Source: Eremomyces bilateralis CBS 781.70
Taxonomy: Eukaryota
DNA length: 64,000 nucleotides
NCBI GenBank assembly: GCA_010015585.1
Contig: ML975153.1
Reading direction: 5' to 3' (one strand)
The translations under genes were made by a program, and so were the position numbers. Shown piece by piece: positions 25,421 through 37,739 of this stretch; the first letter of the stretch is position 1; each line of letters starts with the position of its first letter. The notes beneath the pieces were generated by a model, which made no database searches, was not told the DNA's origin, and saw nothing but the letters and a program-made list of their open reading frames with translations.

Positions 25421-26677
25421 ATGGCGTCTCCACCAGTCGCCGCGATTCTCGAAAGCCTTGCCACGGCCGGAAAGGCATTCGACAAGAATGAAGCCGGCTC
25501 GAGAGAAGCTCTTATCGAGAACAGCCGCGCGCTGGTCGCCGCGCTGGAGATTCCGAGCGAGTTCATCCAGCGCAGTTTCTGGGCCGAGGTGAGCTCTATG
25601 CCGAAAATGATTGGTTCCAACTATCGTGCTCACCATGTATAATAGCCCGCCATGTCCGCCAACATCGCCATCGCCGTCGATGTCAAGCTTTTCCAACATC
25701 TAAAGGAGGCGGGCGATGCGGGGCTCAGCGGTGCGGCGCTTGCTGAGAAGACCGGGTTCGATGTTGACTTGCTGGAACGCCTCGCAAGGCATCTCGTGGC
25801 GATGAACATCCTCACATATCACGACGGCGCGTTCCACGCCACGGCCCTGAGCAAGAGCCTCGCGGAGGAAAACTACCAGCACAGCATCTCCTTCTGCTAC
25901 GATGCGGCACGGGCATCGTTCAACGGCTTCCCGGAATTCTTCAAGAAGACCGCGTACAAATCCCCCGCGTCCGGCGGGCTCGACGGCCCCTTCCAAGACG
26001 CGCACAAGACGAAGCTCCCATTCTTTGAATGGCTGGTCGCGACACCACCATACCTCCAATACTTTGGCTCCTTCATGAGCGCGTACCGCGCCGGCAAGGC
26101 GAACTGGTACGACGCGGGCTTCTACCCGGTCGCAGAGCGCATTATCACCGGCTTCGACGCCGAGGCCAGTGATGTCCTGCTCGTCGACGTGGGCGGTGGA
26201 GGGGGCCACGACGTCGCCGCCTTCGCCGCGCAATATGCCTCGCGCCCGGGCAAGATCGTCCTTCAGGATCGTGAGTCCGTGATCGCAGGTGTGCTGGCGA
26301 GCACCGAGGAGCGGTCCTATGAAGCGCAGCCGCACGACTTCTTCACGCCGCAGCCCATCCACGCGGCGCGTGCATACTCGCTCCATTCCATCCTCCATGA
26401 CTGGAGCGATGAGAAGGGCGTCAAGATCCTGGAAAATTTGGTGCCGGCGCTCAAGAAGGGCTACTCGCGTGTCCTGCTTAACGAGATCGTGGTCAGCGAG
26501 GAGAAGCCGACGCTGGCGGCGACGAGTATGGACATGATGATGCTGGCGCATTTCGCGGTCCGGGAGCGGACGGAGGCGAACTGGCGGGCCATTCTGGCGA
26601 AGGCCGGGCTCAAGGTCGTCAACATCTATACGTATCCGGGGGTGGCGGAGAGTCTGATTGAGGCGGAATTAGCGTGA
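25421..26677 (+). CDS. SAM-dependent O-methyltransferase (fungal secondary-metabolite OMT, COMT-type); intron 25589-25645
   Basis: LVDVGGGGGHD SAM motif, HDFFTPQP..ARAYSLHSILHDWSDE, MDMMML, ERTEANWRAIL..AGL, and an N-terminal dimerisation/wHTH region. Confidence 0.95.
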
Positions 26678-26915
26678 GCGGTTAGATGATCTTATAACGG
26701 CTTACACGCATATAGGTGTCGTTGAAAATTGGAATCGCTCGCCGTTGACTTGATGTGACCCGGGAAAAGGGTTCCCCATTTCCACGTTGATTACGGGTCT
26801 GGCATCACTTCATCCAGGTGCTTGTCCAAGACTCCGGCTCTTTTTCCGTAACATAATGCAACGCGTTTTGGACTGAAAGGCGTTCTCGGGTGGAGTTCTC
26901 GATGATGACGACGTC

Positions 26916-27101
26916 GCAGGTGATTCCCAGCATCCGTATGATAAATCGACTTTTCGTGGGCTTTGAAATCAATTCATTTTAAGCCTTGTTTACCTGCACC
27001 TCACAGATGATTCCCAGCATCCGTATGATAAATCGGCTTTCCGTGGGCTTTGAAATCGATTCATTTGAAGCCTTGCTTACCTGTACCTCACAGATGATTC
27101 C
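26916..27101. repeat. Tandem duplication of an 87-bp unit (two copies plus the start of a third)
   Basis: TGATTCCCAGCATCCGTATGATAAATCG... begins at 26921 and 27008, and TGATTCC recurs at 27095. About 6 mismatches between the copies. Confidence 0.9.
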
Positions 27102-28944
27102 AGTCCAAAATTCGGGTCCACCGCCGCCCTCGGCCATTGACCTTGTCCAAGCTCCAAAGTAGTGGTTTGTCAATGATGGGGTGCGTCACTGAGTGGCGGA
27201 ACGTGTTAGTTCGATGGAGTATCAAGACTCAGTAGGAGCTTACAGGTGTAGATACTAGACCCCCAATACCGCAAGTCCCAACTCCTAATGTAAGGTGCAC
27301 GTACGAGCCAAGATCTTTGTCATTCGCCAAGCGGACTGCCCGGGCGGAATATATGGCCAATGTAGCAGGAGTGGCATAATAATACGGTTTACGAGTTCCG
27401 ACTTAAGAGGAACCATTGCCAAATGACAGCGGGTCACAACAGTGGCAACATCACAGCATGCACGGGATGAGCTAGCGTGAACACAATAGGTAGGTGCTTG
27501 CGATTCGCATGCTAATCGCCGAGGAATAATAACAGATTCTATGTTCATGAATTTTACAGTTTACACTCTGTAAGAAGAAAAGACTAATAGGGTGACTAGG
27601 GAATCAGGAAGCACTCTGTGGCTAGGACAATGGAAAAGGAGAGAGATGAGGTGGCACGGTGGGTGAGTCTTGAGGTCATGCGCTCTAATCACATGATCCA
27701 TCTAGCAGACACGGACGGAGCACAGCATCTAGATCTTGGGACTTGAGTCTGCCTCGGTGGCGCCACACAAGGTCACAGGGTGACTAGAGGTTGTAGTAGT
27801 ACAGCATCTTGCTGGATGCTGATGTAAAAGTTCGATTAGGACGGCCATTATTATTATGGGATGGAATGTTCGGTCCTTGGCAGTATTGACACCATCTTCA
27901 ATCCAGTCTAGCCATCCAATCCGGCAGCTCGCAAGACTCACGCCAAGGCCATTTGATGTTTTATTATACACGCCAACTCGCCAAGCCATTTCCACCCTAG
28001 TCCATGTTCCTTGGCTCCAGTCGGTTAGGATCTTCGTTAGATCATCACTTTATTGAGACTTCCGCGTATCTGGAACACGAAATGCCCTTGTTAGCCAACC
28101 CGAAACCACCTGAAACGGGTTGGAGGTAGAAACCTAGTGCACCGCCTCCAATTGGGATTTCTAGTGTGCACACACGGGGATATGATAATCTGGTCTCCAG
28201 TTACGCCATACCTAGGTACGTACACGCTTTCTTTCTGCTTGCGACGAGCCCAGATTTGAGATGGTAGATCCGATTCTCTCCATTGATCATTATCCATCAT
28301 CCAAAGTCCTCGTCTCCTCTCGGGGCCGTGCAAGTTAGGCTTGCCGCTAACAGCCTACTATGTACTATCTCACTCCCAGTTCCCACAGCGCATCTTGCCG
28401 CCTCTACCCCGGACTTGTACAGGGTGACCAGTCACTAGCATTCACTGACGAGCGACTGGCCAAGTGACCAGCGACCAGTGACCACCAGCACCCAACCAAT
28501 TAGCACTGATATCTCACATCTTGTCAAACCGAGGGTTTCGTCCACATGCGGGGAAAGGCCACTATTAATTTACTATGTACATACAACCATGTACAAACGA
28601 CGATGGGTGTACGCCACAAATAGGGCCTAGCCCATGGTTGACCAATCTATTCCAGACTTCCAAGGAATGAAAGAACTGATGGAAGCGATTCTCGTTGGAC
28701 TGAGAGCCAGTAACATTTCGACGTCGGCCCACCGTATGGAAGCCGTGCCTCATTCATTTGCAAGCATGTGAATGTCTTTCCTTACATGGAACAATGCCCA
28801 GATTTAGGTACAGGTACTTATATCCATGGTCGTCTGGATATTGCGAACTCCAGATCGACCCCATCTCCATCGCTCGTCCCCAGAGGTTTCGAATCCTCTC
28901 CATTGGAGCACGAATATCGAGCACATCGCCTTGTTTTCATCAAA

Positions 28945-30871
28945 ATGGGAGACAAGAAGGCTGTTGTGGAGCCCGCCTCCGAGAAGCAGGATGTGGAAAT
29001 GGTCGAGATGGTGGACTCCGCTTCGGATAGAGGAGCCAAGACCGATTCCCTGAGAGACCGACTTCGCGTCAACGTCGACGGAAACGAGGACGATGCCCCT
29101 TTCAAGGTATGGCTAACCCATCATCAAGCCCGTCAACAATTGTGATCGTGTCGACCAAGTGGATCGAGATTGAAGCTGACCCTCCCTTCCAGCTGAACGC
29201 GCGCCTTGTTATGGCTCTTGTGGGCTGCAGTTTCGCCTTCGCCGGCTCGCAATTGATTCCGCTATCCTTCTTCACCCTCTATACCTTCATCGCCAAAGAT
29301 TTTGGAGAAACCAACTTCGTCTGGCTGAAGGCCGCCAACTGGACCGGCCAGATCGGCGCCGCATGTACCCTGGGGCCTCTCTCCGATCTTCTCGGTCGCA
29401 AGCCCATGTTCATGGCTGGCATCTCTTTGTCTATGCTCGGCATGATTGTGTGCGCCTCGACCCCTACCGCCAGCGGCTTCATCGCCGGTCAAGCTCTGGC
29501 CGGTTTCGGGCTCATGGCCGAAGAACTCCTCGCTCTTGCCGTCACCGCGGAGCTCGTGCCGACCTCGAAACGAGCCGTTTACGGGGCCGCGATGATTGCT
29601 GGTTTCATTCCCTGGGCACCCGGTGCGTTGTACGCCCAGCTGATTGCCATGTACAATTGGAGATGGATTGGCTGCATGATTGCTATCTGGCACTTGCTGG
29701 CTCTGGCCATGATTGCTGGGTTCTACAAGCCACCGCCCAGAGTTGCTCACCAAAGCGAATCTAGGAAAGAAATCATTCAGAAGATCGATATAGTTGGCAT
29801 TGCCCTTGGCATCACTGGGTTTGTGGTTTTCCTCGTCGGCCTCAACTGGGGAGGCCAGACGTATCCTTGGGCGTCGGTTCAAGTTGGGTGTGCTCTAGGC
29901 TTTGGCTTGTTCACCGTCATTCTGTTTATTTGCTGGGAAATGTTCGGCGCCAAGTACCCGTTGTTCCCTCGTCGGCTCGTCCAAGTCAAGAGTACCTTCT
30001 GGGCCATCATGCTGGTCATCTTCGCTGCCGGGATCAACTACGTTCCTCTCGCCATCTTCTGGCCCATCGAATCCATCAGTGTCTTCAACTCGAACCACAA
30101 AGAGACAGGACTCAATACCGTTCCTGTTGGCCTCTGCATTCTCGGTGGCGCCATCATCTCCGCCGGATTCTGCGGGAAATGGCCGCAGCATTGCCGTTTG
30201 ATCATGACATTCTTCTGCATCATGCAAACAGCTGGTAAGTCCCGCCTCAGTCCCCCAGCCTGGTCCAAGAGTCCAGTGGCTGCGATGATTACACTCATTG
30301 AGCAATGCTGACCGTGTCTGCTTCAGGTGTCGGCGCCATGGCCGCCATTGATCCTCACAATATTAACACCGCGTGGCCCCCGCTTATCATCGGCCTCGTT
30401 GGAGTCGGCGGGGTGCTATTCCCCAACCAAATCATCGTCACCGTCATCACCCCCGACGATCTCCTGGCCACCGTCACGTCGCTCACCTTCGTCATCCGCG
30501 GCGTCAGCCAGTCGGTGGCGTTAGCCCTGCTCCAGAATCGTTTCGTCGCCGCCGTGACGGCGAACGCTTTAAAGCTCGTGGCTCCCGCCGCCATCAAAGC
30601 CGGCCTGACGAGCGTCCCGCAGATCACCGAACTGGTCAACTCGCTCACAGCGGTGCCATTCAAGGAGTATGTGCCCCAGATGTTGCCGATGGTCAATACG
30701 ACCGAGAAATATGACATGCTCTTCGAGGCCACCGTGCAAACCTTTGGCAAGAGCTTCCCCACCTTGTATTACATTGGCCTCGGGTTTGGGATTGTCGGAT
30801 GCATCGCCTCGATTTTGGTGGGGGATATGTCCAAGTACATGGACGAGCACGTGGCTGTCCATATTCACTGA
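28945..30871 (+). CDS. MFS drug/toxin efflux transporter, TRI12-like (introns ~29107-29192 and ~30236-30326)
   Basis: MFS motif A GPLSDLLGRK, AELVP..KR..YG, YNWRWI, FYKPPPR, IDIVG, GLNWGGQTYPWAS, YPLFP, VITPDDLLATV; many hydrophobic helices. Confidence 0.92.
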
Positions 30872-31098
30872 TCGCGTTACGTTACGAATGTACTCGACCT
30901 AGCTCCGCGTTGGAATTTGATTGATAGAATATGTCTAACTACCAATATATTGAACGTGCCGCACGTCCCATTTTGATTTTGCCTGATCGCTCGGACCACG
31001 CGCTAGAACCGCTAGAACCTAAAACCGTGACAGGCTGATTGGCAATTACTTTTCCGAGACGGTGAGACCCTATTCCCGAAACATCACGGACCATCAAC

Positions 31099-31189
31099 GG
31101 GTGTATGGTCTAGAGGTATGATTCTTGCTTAGGGAAGTCAACACTTCAAAACATGCAAGAGGTCCCGCGTTCGATTCGCGGTACACCCC
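31099..31189 (+). tRNA. tRNA-Pro(AGG) with a ~19-nt intron (~31135-31153)
   Basis: Acceptor stem GGGTGTA/TACACCC; D-arm TGGTCTAGAGGTATGA; anticodon stem CTTGC-TT-AGG-G...T-GCAAG; T-arm CCGCG-TTCGATT-CGCGG; downstream oligo-T Pol III terminator at ~31205. Confidence 0.95.
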
Positions 31190-32100
31190 CTAATTAGTCT
31201 ATTCTTTTTTTTGGCACGGATGTGTGCGAACCGGACGGTAACGAGACTAGCATAATCATAGACTATAGAATTATCCGTGATACCAGCAGAATCCAAGCCC
31301 TAATTATATTTAAATGACCACGGTATTAGGTAATACGTAATAAACTTAAATATGTAGTCGTATCACGCCGCCTTGGTATCCGAATAACCCTTTCTACCCT
31401 AACCAGTTTCGACGCTCGCCAGTATGTACGGACAGGTCAATATTGTTTTTGCATGCTTTGATGACTTAGGTATACGTCGTGAAGCCTACATCAAGACTCG
31501 AGAGGCCATACTGGAGAGAAGGTAGTTCAATGGAACAAGTAAGCAACCGTGACGGTAATCCGAGGGGCGGTCAAATTCTCCTATAATACCCATCAGGGTC
31601 CCTCTGTGGCAGAAAACTGTGATTGTGTCGAGATGCTTACAAACCTCCGAATTCTCCAGAATGGTCTTCGTCGACTTTGAACAAGATTTCCTATTCCCGA
31701 CGGCGAACTCGACGAAGGTTGAAGGAGACAATGAACAATAGCTAGAATATTCAATTGATCTAGCAGGAAATTCTAAAAACATGACTATTCAACTCCTGAT
31801 TCGACTCCAGTCATCGTTGACCATGCCCAAGACCCATGCACCTTGCTATGACCAGACCAAAAACCGAACATGTCAAAGAAAAGAAGCCGGATTTGACCCA
31901 GCTCCAAATGCTCCCTGCAATCCAAAGGGAAAATGACCCGGATATAAACCGTAAGATTGAGTGGCCCAAAATGCTCGCAAGTGCGAGCTCGTAGTGATGA
32001 GAAATGTACCAGGGGCCCCCAACGCCATAAACTCAGACCGTCTCAATATCCAGCTGAGAGATCCTCTTAAATCTCGTCAAAAGCTCTTATCTCGCCACAT

Positions 32101-32396
32101 CTATAACTCGTCCAGCTCGAACTCCAAATTCACGTCCTCGCTGCAATCCACGCAGTAATAGTTGGAGAACCCGCCGCAGGTGACGCGCATGTTCCGGCAC
32201 ATATCGATGGACCAGGCGTCGTAGGAATAGCCGCTCAGGAGGCGGTTGGGGCAGATTTCGATGCTGTCGGACCAGATGAAGTAGGAGTGGTTGCAACTGC
32301 GGGGTGGATGTTAGTCGCTGTGGGGGAGGCGATTGTGTCGCCAGAGGCCGGATGAGGGGGAACTTACCAGTACCAGCTGTATGTATATTGACACAT
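32101..32396 (-). CDS. Small Cys-rich protein, 74 aa, 2 exons (intron 32297-32367); absent from the ORF track
   Basis: CAAAATG start context, GTAAGT donor, CTAAC branch site, CAG acceptor. Product MCQYTYSWYCCNHSYFIWSDSIEICPNRLLSGYSYDAWSIDMCRNMRVTCGGFSNYYCVDCSEDVNLEFELDEL*. Strong C/G bias at third codon positions. Confidence 0.8.
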
Positions 32397-34419
32397 TTTG
32401 AAGAAGGGAAGCGGTTGGCTTCGGGGGAAGTGTGGGTTTGGGGGTACGGGGAGGAAGTCTAGATAGAGGTACAGAAGAGGTCGACCGACTGCAGGATCGT
32501 GCACACCGCTGGTTGGGTGCTAGGAGCTAGGAGACTTGTTCTACTGGCTGAATGCATGCGATAGAGGGAATCGATTTCCCAGGTATGCTCGCGACTGTCT
32601 ACCTATCCAATAGATCTAGCAGTTCGGCTGATCGTCGTCTGGAAGTAATAGTATCCTCGAGGTGACTTCTGGAAGCGTGCTATAGTTTGAGTTACAAGGA
32701 GAAGAGAGGAGGAAAAGGAAAGGAGTCGGGCGACGACTTAAGTACAGGAAATACGAGACCTCTGCCAAAAAAATACGAAATAAAACCGAGCGCGATGAAT
32801 GGAGGGCGAGGAGGCTTTTAAGTTATAACGGATGGCCACCCCACGGAACGAGGCGGTGGGGAGAGCCATGCGGGATTGCGGCCCAGCTACAGCAGTTCCG
32901 AACAATGGAGCAATGCCGGTCCAGAATCCGGAGTATTTGGGTAGATACTTAACCACGATTGGCTCATGGCAATGTCGGATACCAAATCAGGCATGAGGCG
33001 GCGGCAATGCGGGTCGCTGGGGCTGGAGTCGATCCGCATCCGACCAGGCTACCGTACCATATCCAATATTGCTGAACTGAGACCAGGTGACTCATATCAG
33101 GTCAGATGGATTGTTCCGTGCATCCATCGTATGCATGAATGCAGACAAGACAAGGCGGATGCGAGAGAGACGTTGATTCATTAGAGAGGCCATACTTCCG
33201 ATGACCGGTCGAACACGAGACATGGAGTCTAGGCGACGGGTGAGGCTTGGAGACGAAGTTGATAGTGAAGAGATTCCGAATCCCCGACGTTCCAACATTC
33301 TGCAGGGTCCAACACTAATCTGCAGGGTCCCCGCCTTGCCGCCTCGCTGCCTCAGGAGGACCCTTTGCAAATTCCTGGAACATTGAGTGCTTTAATCCAA
33401 TCACCGATAGTCTTCAGAGGTGGAATCGGGACCCGATCGCTGACTGGACCATTGTTCCTCCTCGAAAACTCAGATTCCGTGGCGTGGAGGTTCCCGATTC
33501 TTCCTCGCTGCGCTCCGGCTGTTCGGACATGGCGGGATGGTTGTGGAGGAGCGCAGGCGGTGCCGCTCGTCCCGCTGAGCGAACGGCAGTATTGAACTAC
33601 AGTCTACGGGTTAGCACGTTCATCTACGCACTATTTTGGCGGGGTATGGTGGATTCCGATATAATAGGATTTAGGAAAGTCGATCTTGACTTCGCGTTCT
33701 CCCTTGTGTTGTCACTTGACGAATCACGGCATCGGTTCGGACTCAACAATATTTGACCGCCATTGCTTTCCATGCCGCAGCCTCTCAGCAACAGTTGTGA
33801 AGCGTCCAAGGCGTCGTGATCCCGAACCAGGTGTGATGATGTGCGACAGCTACCTTCTCCGACGTCGCAATTCATCTTGTCCGCTCAGCGCTCAGTGATT
33901 GATGCCTCGGCTTTGAATCTTGGATGTTCCAGGCCGCCTCGTGCTACCAGACCGTTCCGTGTGGCGCCGGTTTTGAGCAAAGAGTAGGCAAGGACAAGAC
34001 GGTATTGTCATACAGTGATGAGATAAAGGTTGTGTTCGTCACGGTTTGATGCTAGTCACATGCAAGGAGTAGCTCGAGAAATAGTTGAGTGATAACAATG
34101 GGCATATGTATTTCTATGTTGACAGCACGCTGTGGGCGACCAAGCAGGAGTCTTGTAAATCCGTTGCCTCAGTCGTTAACTCCGAGGGCCTCGTCTGATA
34201 TTCCGTAATACCTTTATCTCAACATGTATCCTACCCTATACTACTAAGCAGTACTGCGGTTTCTCTCCATTGACAGAGCCCTTTGGCCAAAACTAGGCCA
34301 ATTAATCATAGAACAGGTGGTTCATACATCGGCACCATACTATATACAGTTCCAGAACCCGACTCCAAAATCTATAAGAATGCAGCTCCGCTTATCGTTG
34401 CTCGTTCCTCATCATTCAT

Positions 34420-35911
34420 TCATAAAACCAGCAGTAACCCAAGCATTCCCACGATGATACAAACAACCCCTCCCCTAACCCCATGCATGCTCGCACTGCT
34501 AGCCGGAACCTTCTCAACTGCCCCCCCACCACCCGCCGTCGCCGAGCACTGCGCCCCAGTTCCACACGCATAATCAGTCGGACAACACCCGCCATTCGCG
34601 TCCGCAGGGCAACTGAACCACCCCGATGCACACGATCCCGCCGTCGTCGCTGGTCCATCTCCCACCGGCGCAACGACGGTGACCCCATTGGCGTCGACCG
34701 TAGTGGTGCTCTCCGCTCTCGGACAACTGGTCTCCGCGCAATCGCGGCCGACGCGGCAGCAGCCACCGATGTAGAACGCGGAGCACATGTAGAATCCGCC
34801 CGGGCAGCCGGAGATGGGTGGGAGGGTCGTTGTCGGTGCCGCGGACGTAGGTGGAGGAGAGGTGATTGTCGTGCTGCCAGTGGGTCGCACGGGAGGGGCC
34901 GCGGTGCTAAGCGGAGGACAATCGGTAGGTCCACAGCCGCGGTCGGAAGGACAGCAGCCGCCGCCGAGCGATGCGGGGCATGATTGGAAGCCGGGGCTGC
35001 AGGTCAGTGGTTGCGTTTGGGTGGTAGACGGTGGGGGAGGCGTCGGAGTGGTTGAGGGGCGACCGGTGGTGACTGTAACGACTGGGAGCGTTACGGTCGT
35101 TGTCATGGTGGACGCAACGATGCCTATTGCCCATCAGCATGAGGTATTTCAGTCAGCGGACTCCAACAGCACACTTACATCCAACATCGAGGCAGGCGTA
35201 GTTCGGTATACAGCATCCGCCGTTCGGGCTATTAGGACATGCCTGATACCCCGCCGCGGTGTCACACGACGACAGCTCCCCTCCGCAATTCGAACCTTGA
35301 GGACAACAGCCGACGTCGCCCAGACCCGTATCGTCCACCTGCACGCAAGTCTCGCCAGCTCCGCAGCAGGAGTTGGGTCGGCCGATCCCTGCGCAGCTCT
35401 CCGTTCCGAGGGGGCATAGGAAGTCCCGTCTAGATAGCCTACTGCGGCCCCATAGCCATCGATGCTCTTGTTCTGTTGCGTTCGAGTGGAGAAGGAAGGG
35501 TTGGAGGGGAGTCGGATCTGAGAGATTCGATCGATGGGCGAGGCGGTCGTGGTCTAAAGGGGCCGGGACAGATGCGACAGTATTGTCGTCAGGATCTGGA
35601 GACCCATCTGAAAATGCGCTTTCGGACGCCCACGCTTCATCTGAACTTTGCCCGAGCTGCCAGTAGTCGAGGAAGAACATCTCTCCTTCGTCGCCGGACA
35701 TCTTCCGTACCGCGGTCGGCTGAGCATCTCTTCTTAGCCGCGAATGCGCTTCGATATTCCTCCGCACCAGCCGCTCGTGCTCGGGATAATACTTGACATC
35801 TGCAGGAAGATCGTAGGGCCATTTATCGCTGTCCACTGAGGCAGTCTCCGCCGAGGTGAGAAGCAGGACTAGGAACGATGACAGCAGTGATGGACTGCAT
35901 AATGGACGCAT
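34420..35911 (-). CDS. Secreted, probably GPI-anchored Cys-rich repeat protein (one intron ~35125-35176)
   Basis: Signal peptide MRPLCSPSLLSSFLVLLL; dibasic RR sites; repeated C-P-x-G-x3-C...GGCCP...CG modules with Thr/Pro linkers; hydrophobic C-terminus (SSASMHG...CIIVGMLGLLLVL). Confidence 0.85.
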
Positions 35912-36489
35912 TGTGGACTCTCAGGCAACGTATCACACCTGGTTTGAGATTAGTGAGGAATGTTAAAACGTGATCGCTAGGTTAGTTTGACCCAGTGGGT
36001 ATGGTTCGGTATCGAATTGGGGAGGCTGGTCGACAAGAAAGCCATGATTGAATCCAGAGCTTACGTGAACGTCAACGGTTCGCCAAATGTAAATTTAGAT
36101 TCCATACGTTCCAAACGCTTTGAGCTCGTGAGAGCATATTCTACAGAACCATCGGAAATTGTGCGTCACAACTTCGCTCTCCGGTACTCGTATCTGCTTC
36201 TATTCGACTGGTTGACTGGTTTGGGGTCGGGGTTAAAAGGCATCACGTGAGCTCGCGGGATTGTCGCGATGCACCTCGTAACGTGACGCGACTAGCTTCC
36301 ACTGAATCCCAACGTCATCCCTAACCTGGATTCCGTGGCAACAGCTTCTTGTTAATCTTAGGGCGTGAGGTGTCGATGATATTTACTTATTCCTTCCTCT
36401 CCGTTGGATACTGTTTCTCTACATTGCGCTGCCATCTAGCCCCTTACATTTCACTTGGTTACAGGGCGTACGTCGTGCGATCGGAGACC

Positions 36490-37739
36490 ATGAGCAGCCT
36501 CCGGCGCTCCGGACGGATTCAGGATCGGGTGCAGTCAAACGTTGCGAAGAGCAGGATACCGGCAACGGTCTCTAAAATATCCACTACAAAGCAGAATGGT
36601 CCCGGATCGAAGAAGCGAGGACGGACTCCTGAGCCTGCCCTCCCAGCAAGAGATGTAGACGCAAGAGGAGCCCAGGCAGCGCAATTCGCCGTTCCTACGA
36701 CACCTGCCAAACGTCGGGCTAGGCCTACTAAGACTATAACGGATCCCACTCCCGTCACGCCGACCCCAGCAAAGGTTGACTTGATCGTGTCCGCCCATAC
36801 ACCTCCTGTTCCCATCACATCTCGAGTTTCTCGACCCGCGGGACTGCACGTCACGAATGCCTCGCTTTCAACACCCGGAGGCTCGAAGGTCGTGGCATAC
36901 CTCCCCGATGCATCCCCAAGCAAAGCCGCCACGATCCCCCGCCCATCCACCACCACCGACACCCTCCTCGAAGAGGCGTGCGCCCATCTCGTCACGACAG
37001 ACCCGACGTTGAAACCGCTGGTGGAAAAACATACCTGCCAAATGTTCACGCCGGCGGGGTTGGCGGAAGAGATAGACCCATTTGAGAGTTTGGCGTCGGG
37101 CATCATCTCGCAGCAAGTACGGCTCCCACCTCCCCTCTCAGTCTCGCATCCCCTAACTCACCATCCCAGGTCTCCGGCGCCGCCGCCCGCTCCATTAAAG
37201 CCAAATTCATCGCGCTCTTCCCCGCCGCTGCGCGCTTCCCCCCGCCGACCGACGTCGCCGCGACCTCCCTAGAGACTTTACGGACGGCCGGGCTGTCCCA
37301 GCGGAAGGCTGAGTATATAAAAGGCCTCGCGGAGAAGTTCGTGGGCGGTGAGCTGAATGTGCGGATGTTAGCGACCGCGTCTGATGAAGAGGTCATCGAG
37401 CGGCTGGTCGAGGTGCGGGGATTGGGCCGGTGGAGTGCGGAGATGTTCGCGTGCTTCGGGTTGCGGCGGATGGATATATTCGCGGTCGGCGACCTGGGGG
37501 TGCAGTAAGTTTTCGACTTTCGACGTTCACGCTGAATCAGAGGCTGACGGATGCATAGGAGAGGGCTTGCCATCTATCTAGGTAAGGACGTGAATAAACT
37601 GCGGAACAAGGGCGGTAAGTGGAAGTATTGTTCGGAGCAGGAGATGTTGACCCATTCGGCCAAATTTGCGCCGTACCGTACGCTCTTTATGTGGTATCTT
37701 TGGAGATTGACAGAGGTTGATGTGGACGCTATGAGTTGA
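36490..37739 (+). CDS. MAG1: DNA-3-methyladenine glycosylase (AlkA/Mag1, HhH-GPD family), 3 exons
   Basis: DPFESLASGIISQQ|VSGAAARSI, LRTAGLSQRKAEYI, HhH motif LVEVRGLGRWSAEMF, GDLGVQ|RG, FAPYRTLFMWYLWR. Confidence 0.92.

Noticed and set aside
25700..26551. 283-aa minus-strand ORF overlapping the O-methyltransferase
   Set aside because: Antisense shadow of a high-GC3 gene.
32950..33900. Coding-like GC-rich sequence without a long ORF
   Set aside because: May be a pseudogene, but no family could be identified.
34420..35911. Possible fungal RiPP (dikaritin/KEP) precursor
   Set aside because: The repeats are Cys modules not separated by KR/RR sites, there is a GPI-like tail, and no DUF3328/UstY gene is in the window.
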